Assembly: GCA_964016885.1 (NCBI GenBank)
Contig: OZ024744.1
Coordinates: 87,854,001-87,918,000, forward strand
Length of the DNA: 64,000 nt
Direction of reading: 5' to 3'
Origin: Eledone cirrhosa
Lineage: Eukaryota
Numbering within the stretch: the stretch's first letter is position 1; every line of letters starts with the position of its first letter. Below the pieces are notes generated by a model. That model was not told the origin of the DNA. It ran no database searches and saw only the letters and a program-made list of their open reading frames with translations. A program made the translations under genes and the position numbers. This document shows positions 55,685 to 64,000 of this stretch, piece after piece.

Positions 55685-56104
55685 TATGTAAATATGTAAA
55701 ATTTGGCTTCGTTTACTATACATTATCAATTTACTGCTATATATATTTCGGTGACCTATTCAGGCAGTCCGAATTGGTGTGTAAAAGACAGGTACACATG
55801 TTGTTGAAGTGTTTCACTCCGTCAATACATCGATATATCCACCTCCTGGGTGTGTTGTCATTCCTCCGAGGATGTGGAATCATATCTGTTAGAACAAACG
55901 AATTTCAGCGTCATAGGACACGCTCGTATCCCATTGGTCAGTTGTGAGATCATTTCTCTGTCAAAAGTCTATAGAAATTCTTCTGAGGTAAGTCAGCCTG
56001 ATATAGTCGTTTTTGTCAGAATGTTTAAGTACAGCTGACCTCCTCCATCGTGTTGGTAGTGGTAGTGGTTTTAAGGGGTCAATATATATATACATATATA
56101 TATA

Positions 56105-56234
<130 letters not shown>

Positions 56235-56331
56235 ATGAAATACCAATGATCGTTGGCAAATCACTGATGAGGGACTCATTTTATAACATGTAAATCCATG
56301 TGCAACCATGCAGTATTCTTCTCCCCATATT

Positions 56332-56373
<42 letters not shown>

Positions 56374-57194
56374 CAATATATTTAGAAACACACAGATACA
56401 TGCGGACACACACATATACATGAATGCATCCGCACCCAACCATGAGTTAAGGGTGCCAACTTCACCGATGTTGCTCAATGAATGACTGGGACAGACCAAT
56501 CCGGTTGAACCAGACTGAACCAGTATCAGAGTTAAAAATACATTATTAAGAGAGAAGAAACATTTAGATATAATTAGTAATAAAATGTATCATACCTAAA
56601 CTGCTCCTAGATTCCTCGACTACGTAGTTTCGTGGCATAAACAAAAACAATATATCATAAAGATATAGAGTCCTTGCGAGGTCTGCCGACTTATCAAGAG
56701 GATACCTCATTTTACTAGTCTCAAGAACGCGTCTCCACAACGTGAGAAAGAATCCCAAAAGGCGGAGGGGGAGATAGTCACGCGATATAACGGTCGAGAA
56801 ACAGAGCTAAGCCTCTTATAACCCCGAAGAAAATACCACGGAGGCGGAGGGGGTATTTATATCGAAGCCGTAGAAGAGGTGGTGAAGGAGGCGAGAAGTA
56901 TGAGTAATGAAAGCTTTCCAGCAGTCCCCACACTTCAAAGATTGCTCGACCAGAGGGAGTTATTAACAATATATTTAGAAACACATATATAAGTTAAAAC
57001 AATGAAATAAAAATCAAGTCATTAGAGATATACTTCACTGCTTTACGATCGTTTTTAGGTGATGATAATACATTGTAGCTATACTCCGTTATTGATCTAT
57101 GTAAGGTTAGTTACAAAATATCATATAAAGAGAATATTTACTTACATACATATCACTAGGTGTTTTCAAAAGCAATAATATAAATACATACATA

Positions 57195-57273
<79 letters not shown>

Positions 57274-57439
57274 CCTTACATCTTTACGAGTTCGATAAAA
57301 ATAAAGTACCTGTAATACACTGAGGTCGATTCAAGTGACTCCCCACCAAAAAATAAAAAAAACTGTTGGCTATATGCCTATATCAGAAACCATTATTCTA
57401 AATGCCCAAACATAGATACGCTTACAAAAAAAGTTCACT

Positions 57440-57480
<41 letters not shown>

Positions 57481-57704
57481 CGAAGGAAATGTGGTAAGGA
57501 ACCAGGTGGACCATAACGCACCAAAGTACTCAATACTTAGGGTAGTAGAGTGGGTAATAGGAACCAGTAAGACCCCGACGGCTGAGCTCAAGCCGTTTCG
57601 ACGGCTAATTCTTCACGCTTTTGGCTTCTAACACCTTCACCAATCTCTCTTTCTCCTCTTTTATAACCATCTCTCTCTTTAAGATTGGTTTACTCTCGAA
57701 CTGG

Positions 57705-57746
<42 letters not shown>

Positions 57747-57757
57747 AATATATATAG

Positions 57758-58585
57758 TGTTATACTTGGGGAGGGTCATATTGTTGTAATATTGCCAGAA
57801 ATAATAACAGAACACATTCATTGTTTGGTTGGTTTTCGCTTCTTTCATCTATCCATAGTTAATTAATTTGGCAATCAATGTTTATCATTGTTAACAATAC
57901 AGATATAAATATATATTCATTAGTTAAGCAAAGCAAGACCACAAAATTCACATGGAAGACGTTAGTTAAAGCAGAGTTGCAGTTTAAGGTAAGGAATAAA
58001 GAGTGTAATTGTAGTTTAATGAAAGGAATAATAATTGCTTCTACTTTTAGCACAAGGCCAGCAAATTACCTCAGTGTATTACTAGTACTTTATTTTATCG
58101 ACCCCGTAAGGATGAAAGGCAAAGTTAACCTCGGCGGGATTTGAAATCAGAATGGCAAGGGCCGTAACTCTACACGTCAAAGCATGGCGTCCGACCCTCT
58201 ACCAATACTGCCAATTCACCGCCCTTGTAAGGAATAATAATGTAAGGAATAATAATGTAAGGAATAATAATGTCCGTTTACAATTGTTTCGCTACTCCAT
58301 ATAATGTTTCTGGATCAATTGATTATTAGATCGTTATTGATCTGGTTCAGAGGAAGATAAGTAACTTAAGTAATGTTATGGAGCAGCTCTTCAGAACTAT
58401 AGCGGAGATAATGAACATATTTATAAAGATAAGATGGAATAAGACATATAAAACAAAGTAAAGTACTGCATATTGCACATCGAGCACATGCCTTTACGCT
58501 TTTGGCCTCTAACACCTTCACCAATCTCTCTTTCTCCTCTTTTATATGCATCTCTCTCTTTAAGAATTGTTTACTCTCGAACTGG

Positions 58586-58635
<50 letters not shown>

Positions 58636-58825
58636 TTGCAAAGTGTTTTATATGAAATAGAGTATCGAAACAAATATTGTTATAGATGGGGAGGGTCATA
58701 AAAAATGGCGTAGACATTACAATACAATGGGAGAAAACATAATAGTACCACTGATGATGTCACAGATGTGTTCTGTTGTTATTTCTGGCAATATTATAAC
58801 AATATGACCCTCTCCAAGTATAACA
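57758..58825. mobile_element. Non-autonomous TIR element (about 60-bp TIRs, TGTTATACTTGG...CCAAGTATAACA) in (TA)n, containing a SINE and an extra internal left end at 58678
   Basis: 57758-57818 is the reverse complement of 58767-58825; termini shared with 3657-3846. Confidence 0.7.
58036..58226 (-). mobile_element. tRNA-derived SINE with 13-bp TSD AAGGAATAATAAT, one TSD copy triplicated
   Basis: TSD at 58023-58035; GTAAGGAATAATAAT x3 at 58227-58271. Confidence 0.88.
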
Positions 58826-58911
58826 TATATATATATGCATATATATAAAGAGAGAGAGAGATAGATTGTATGCGCAAGTATAGTGAATGTTAGACACTGT
58901 TTTCTGTACTT

Positions 58912-59276
58912 TGTCATCACCCCTTCCTTCCTCAATCATCTCTAGTCCGTGATGTCATCACCCTCCCTTCCTCAGTCTTCTCTAATGCAGGAACGTCATC
59001 ACCCGTTCCTTCCTCAGTCATCTCTAGTGCGTGACGTCATCAACCCTTCCTTCCTCATCATTTATAGTGCATGACGTCCTCACCCCTTCCATAGTTATCT
59101 TTAGTGTGTGACGTCATCACCCCTTCCTTCCTCAATCATCTCTAGTTTGTGGCGTCGTCACACCTTCCTTCCTCAATCATCTCTAGTTCGTGGCGTCATC
59201 ACACCTTCATACGTCAGTCATCTCTAGTGTGTCATGTCATCACCCCTTCCTTCCCCAGTCATCTCTATTGTGTGAC
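58912..59276. repeat. Minisatellite, about 40-bp unit x about 9 (gtcatcaccccttccttcctcaatcatctctagtgcgtgac)
   Basis: Tandem degenerate units with no unique spacers. Confidence 0.9.
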
Positions 59277-59731
59277 TGAAGGACAGGCGGACGGACGGAC
59301 GGAAGTTGCTCAAATTTATATATAGATTTGACTAGTACTTTATTTCATCGACACGGAAAGGATAAAAGTCAAAGGTTACGACGGCGAGATTTGAATTCAT
59401 AACTTAATGAGTAAAACGCTGGAACCAATACTACCTGGCATTTTGTCCTATACTCTAACGTTTCCACCAAGCAGATATCGAAATAATGAAAACCGAGATG
59501 CGATTCTCTTCTTTCCATAACAGTTGCTTCTCTTCTCTCTAATGTTTTCTACATTATTCTAGTATTCTACAGTCGTTGCATCTATGAATATTCAACGATA
59601 TAAAACTATGCATTATACGCTGTTTAAAATGTATGATGTGGAAGAAGACATAGAGGGATAGAGGGATAGAGGGTGTAGCGAGGAGGTTAACAAATTATGA
59701 AAATATTTGCCCCAATAAATAAATATATAAA

Positions 59732-59808
59732 TAAAGAAATAAAAAAAGAAATAAAGAAATAAAGAAATAAAGAAATAAAGAAATAAAGAAATAAAGAAAT
59801 AAAGAAAT
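59732..59808. repeat. (AAAGAAAT)n tandem repeat
   Basis: Directly visible. Confidence 0.9.
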
Positions 59809-60169
59809 AGATTCTGATCGTAAGTCGTTTGCCTCAGTTGTCATGGAAATTATGGCAGTGTCATGTGAATGCCGTCGTAATCTGTAATATTTTCTGTCTG
59901 CTTGGTAGTCGACACTAAATTTCTGAATAGATGGAGAGAGAGTGAGAGAGAGAGAGAGAGAGAGAGATAGAGAGAGAGAGTGAGAGAGAGATTGAGAGAG
60001 GGGGAGAGAGATAGAAACAGAGCAAGAGGGAGAATGGAAGGGAGAGTGTGAAAGATAGAGTGGGAAGGTATATAGATGGAAAATGTAAAGGGATAGAACT
60101 AGGGATAGATATTGATAAATATAGAGAAAGAGTGAGGCAAATAGAGAAAGACAGAAAGAAAGAGAGAGT

Positions 60170-60213
<44 letters not shown>

Positions 60214-60456
60214 TAGGAAGGAGAATGTGAGAGATAAAAATGAGAAGGTATATAGATCTAAGATGCAAAGGGATAGAGAAAAAGTGAAAGATATACATAT
60301 ATATATATATATATATACTCTTTTACTATTTTACCTATTCCAGTCATCCGGCTGAGGCCATGCTGGGGCACCATATATATATATATAGAGAGAGAGGGAG
60401 AGAGAGATAGGTAAATATATAGATAGATAGAGAGAGAGGTGGGGGAGAGAAAAGGT

Positions 60457-60531
<75 letters not shown>

Positions 60532-60917
60532 ATATTGGTAGATTCCATTGGCGCGACAGATACTGAAAACGGAAGAGAATATATAGAGTGAATTAATCAG
60601 TAAGAGCGTGGAAACTTAGGAGGATATTGGTTATAAAAAGAAAAAGGGATATATTCATGTGCGAAGAGGAAGACGGAAAAACACAGAAGAGTGAGATGAA
60701 GAGACACTGATATACATGCATAAATACATACATACATAGATACATACATACATATATACATACATACATATAATAGGAAGGCAGTAGATAAAAAAGAAAA
60801 ACAGTGTGAAATATAGTTATAGAGAAAAAGGGACTGACATTCAAATAGAATATTCTTATAGAACATTGTCAAAAAAAGAGAAGACTACATAAATAGCTAG
60901 ATAGCTAGCTAGCTAGC

Positions 60918-60953
<36 letters not shown>

Positions 60954-61050
60954 GAGAGAGAAAGAGATAGAGAGAATTAGATAGATAGAAACAAACAAAT
61001 ATAGATATATATACACATATATATATATATATATATGTGTATATATATAT

Positions 61051-61189
<139 letters not shown>

Positions 61190-61246
61190 CATATATATGG
61201 AGAATGAGAGAGATGAGATACATGGGACGGGACACACTAGCAAAGG

Positions 61247-61288
<42 letters not shown>

Positions 61289-61566
61289 TGTGTGTGTGTG
61301 GGGGGTAGATGACGTATAGAGGTTGGGGCTGGAAAAAAATCAAGGAGACAGCACGGTTTCTGGATAACTGGACAACATTCAAAGCGGCAGGTTAATTGAA
61401 TGTGAATTGTGCGTGATGTACAGTGTGAGAAGCAAATACATATATATACATGCATACATACACACACATACATGCACACATATATATATATATACATGCA
61501 TACATACACACACATACATACACACATACATATATACATATATAAATATATGCATACATAAATAAT

Positions 61567-61622
<56 letters not shown>

Positions 61623-61863
61623 CATACATACTACAAACATACTTAGTGTGAGAAGCAAATACATATATATACATGCATACATACACACACATACATACAC
61701 ACATACATATATATACATACATATATACATATATAAATATATGCATACATAAATACATATATAAATATATATATATATATTAATACATACATACTACAAA
61801 CATACTACATACCTATAAACATATATACACACATGCGTACATACATACATGCATGTATGCATT

Positions 61864-61923
<60 letters not shown>

Positions 61924-61945
61924 CATACATACATGCATACATACA

Positions 61946-62035
<90 letters not shown>

Positions 62036-63235
62036 CATACATACATACATGCATACATACAAACATATATATATATATATATATATATAGACATGTATAC
62101 GTGTATACATATATCTGCGTATGTACTTGTTTATGTTCGTGTCTATATATGGGTGTTTATGAGTACGTGTGTGTGAATATGTGTATTTGTTTGTGTGTGT
62201 GTGTGTGTGTGCGTGTGTGTTTGTATGTGTGTGTATGTGTGTGTGTGTATGTATGTGTATGCGTGTTCGTGTGTGTGTGTGTTTGTGTGAGTGTGTGTGT
62301 TTGTGTGTGTTTGTGTGTGCGTGTGTTTTTGTGTGCGTGTGTATGCGTGTTCGTGTGTATGTATGTGTGTGTGTGTGTGTGTGTGTGCATGTGTGTGTGT
62401 GAGTGTGTGAGGTTTGTGCGAGTGTTAGTGCGTTTGTATGTGTGTGTGTATGCGTGTTCGTGTTTGTCTGTGTGTATGTGTGTGTGTGTGTTTGTCTGAG
62501 CATGTGTGTTTGTGTGAGTGTTTGTGTGTGTGTGTGTGTGTGCGTGTGTGTGTTTGTGTGATTGTTTGTGTGTGTATGAGTGTTTGTGCGAGTGTTTGTG
62601 TGTGTGTTTGTGTGTGTGTGTGTCTGTACGCGTGTTTTTGTGTTTTGTATTCTGTGTGCTGCAATGTTAGGTAAGACGTTAGATGGAAGAGCAGAAACAT
62701 TAGAGTACGAATACGAAGATAGGTAGATGGAACAGCTGAGAAGCCACATAGCTGCAGTGTTGGCAGGTGTTACATGGAAAATCCTGACTTAGTCTTGTGT
62801 ACACGGATGAATAGTTAGTTTTAACATTTTTTTTTCTTTTCAATATTCTTTTTTTTTCCGTTTTGTGAAAAACGGTTGTTGTTCTATTTGAAAGCACATA
62901 GGATAATGGTTACAGTATAAGCTTAGTGATCATAAGGTTGTATATTAGATTCCCGGACACGGGGCGACGTGTGGTGCCCTTTATTGGGACGGGACACTTC
63001 ATATCGTTGTTCTAGTTCATTCAGCTGAAAATACTTGTACCAGTAGTAGCTGGCGGATTACCACTGCATTGCCCAATATCGTGTCCTAAAGTGAGTCTTG
63101 TACTCTCAGTCACTTATCGCCAATGAAATCGGCATAATCTCCGATCTGATAAACTACTATAGATAGGACAGGCTTTAAACAATTAACTTTTAAGTATTGT
63201 TGCTATAATTGTTGTTATACTTATTTAGACGTGAT

Positions 63236-63330
63236 TGCGCGTCGCTTAGTCGTTGGTGCTTTCTGCTCCCGATCGTAAGGTCATGCGGTCGATTCTCGGC
63301 GTCGCATTTTGTCATTAAACAAGACATTAT
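63236..63330 (+). mobile_element. Older, different tRNA-headed SINE (degenerate) that is the host of the tandem SINE array
   Basis: gcgtcgcttagtcgttgg (A-box-like)...gcggtcgattctc (B-box-like)...ttgtcattaaacaagaca. A related degenerate copy lies at about 62920-63130. Confidence 0.5.
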
Positions 63331-64000
63331 TTGGCAGTATCGGTAGAGGGTCGGACGCCATGCTTTCCAGCATTGTTACGTCCCTTTACGATCTGAGTTC
63401 AAATCCCGCCGAGGTTGACTTTGCCTTTCATCCTTACGGGGTCGATAAAATAAAGTACCAGTAATGCACTGGGTAATTGCTGACCTTGTGCCTAAAGTAG
63501 AAACAATTATTTCATATAGCAAAGTGGATTGGCAGTATCGGTAGAGGGTCGGACGTCATGCTTTCCAGCATAGTTACGTCCCTTTACGATCTGAGTTCAA
63601 ATCCCGCCGAGGTTGACTTTGCCTTTCATCCTTACGGGGTCGATAAAATAAAGTACCAGTAATGCACTGGGTAATTGCTGACCTTGTGCCTAGAGTAGAA
63701 ACAATTATTTCATATAGCAAAGTGGATTGGCAGTATCGGTAGAGGGTCGGACGTCATGCTTTCCAGCATAGTTACGTCCCTTTACGATCTGAGTTCAAAT
63801 CCCACCGATGTTGACTTTGCCTTTCATCCTTACGGGGTCGATAAAATAAAGTACCAGTAATGCAATGGGTAATTGCTGGCCTTGTGCTTAAAGTAGAAAC
63901 AATTATTTCATATAGCAACGGACGGTGAATTGGCAGTATCGTTAGAGGGTCTGACGCCATGCTTTGCAGCAGTGTATAGTTACGGCCCTTTACGATCTGA
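63331..64000 (+). repeat. Head-to-tail array of the young SINE (198-bp period; units start 63331, 63529, 63727, 63930), running off the window
   Basis: Near-identical units, each ending TAGAAACAATTATTTCATATAGCAA. Confidence 0.93.

Noticed and set aside
56261-56320. CTGATGA as another hammerhead
   Set aside because: No GAAA or stem III at a suitable distance.
56371-56985. 22-bp direct repeat (taacaatatatttagaaacaca) flanking about 570 bp as a TSD-bounded insertion
   Set aside because: The interior has no recognisable element ends or motifs; I cannot support a call.
58912-59276. About 40-bp repeats as a CRISPR array or a CRE (TGACGTCA) enhancer cluster
   Set aside because: The units are contiguous with no unique spacers, there are no cas genes and the context is eukaryotic. 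The CRE match occurs in only a few units and has no supporting evidence.

Overview
This is AT-rich, microsatellite-dense animal DNA with no recognisable host gene. The SINE types and repeat landscape suggest an octopus or other coleoid cephalopod (inference). About 43 kb is a nested pile-up of non-LTR retrotransposons built on (TAA)n microsatellites. Seven Tx1-like (L1 group, APE endonuclease + RT) LINEs all lie on the minus strand; five keep their 5' ends, and one has an intact 1139-aa ORF2. At least seven R4/Dong-like (RT + restriction-like endonuclease) LINE copies or fragments all lie on the plus strand, one with an intact 1130-aa ORF. A tRNA-derived SINE shares the 3' terminal motif and the (ATT)n target of the Tx1 LINE. 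Nearly every junction is a (TAA)n tract, so two mechanistically unrelated LINE clades and a SINE share one target with strictly opposite polarity. Other signals: 5'UTR/ORF1 module swapping among Tx1 copies, a Tx1-like 5' end in front of the intact Dong element, a conserved 5'UTR hairpin and GTAAG motif, hammerhead ribozyme motifs, Penelope-like remnants, fold-back/MITE-like inverted repeats in (TA)n, an RTE fragment and a tandem SINE array.
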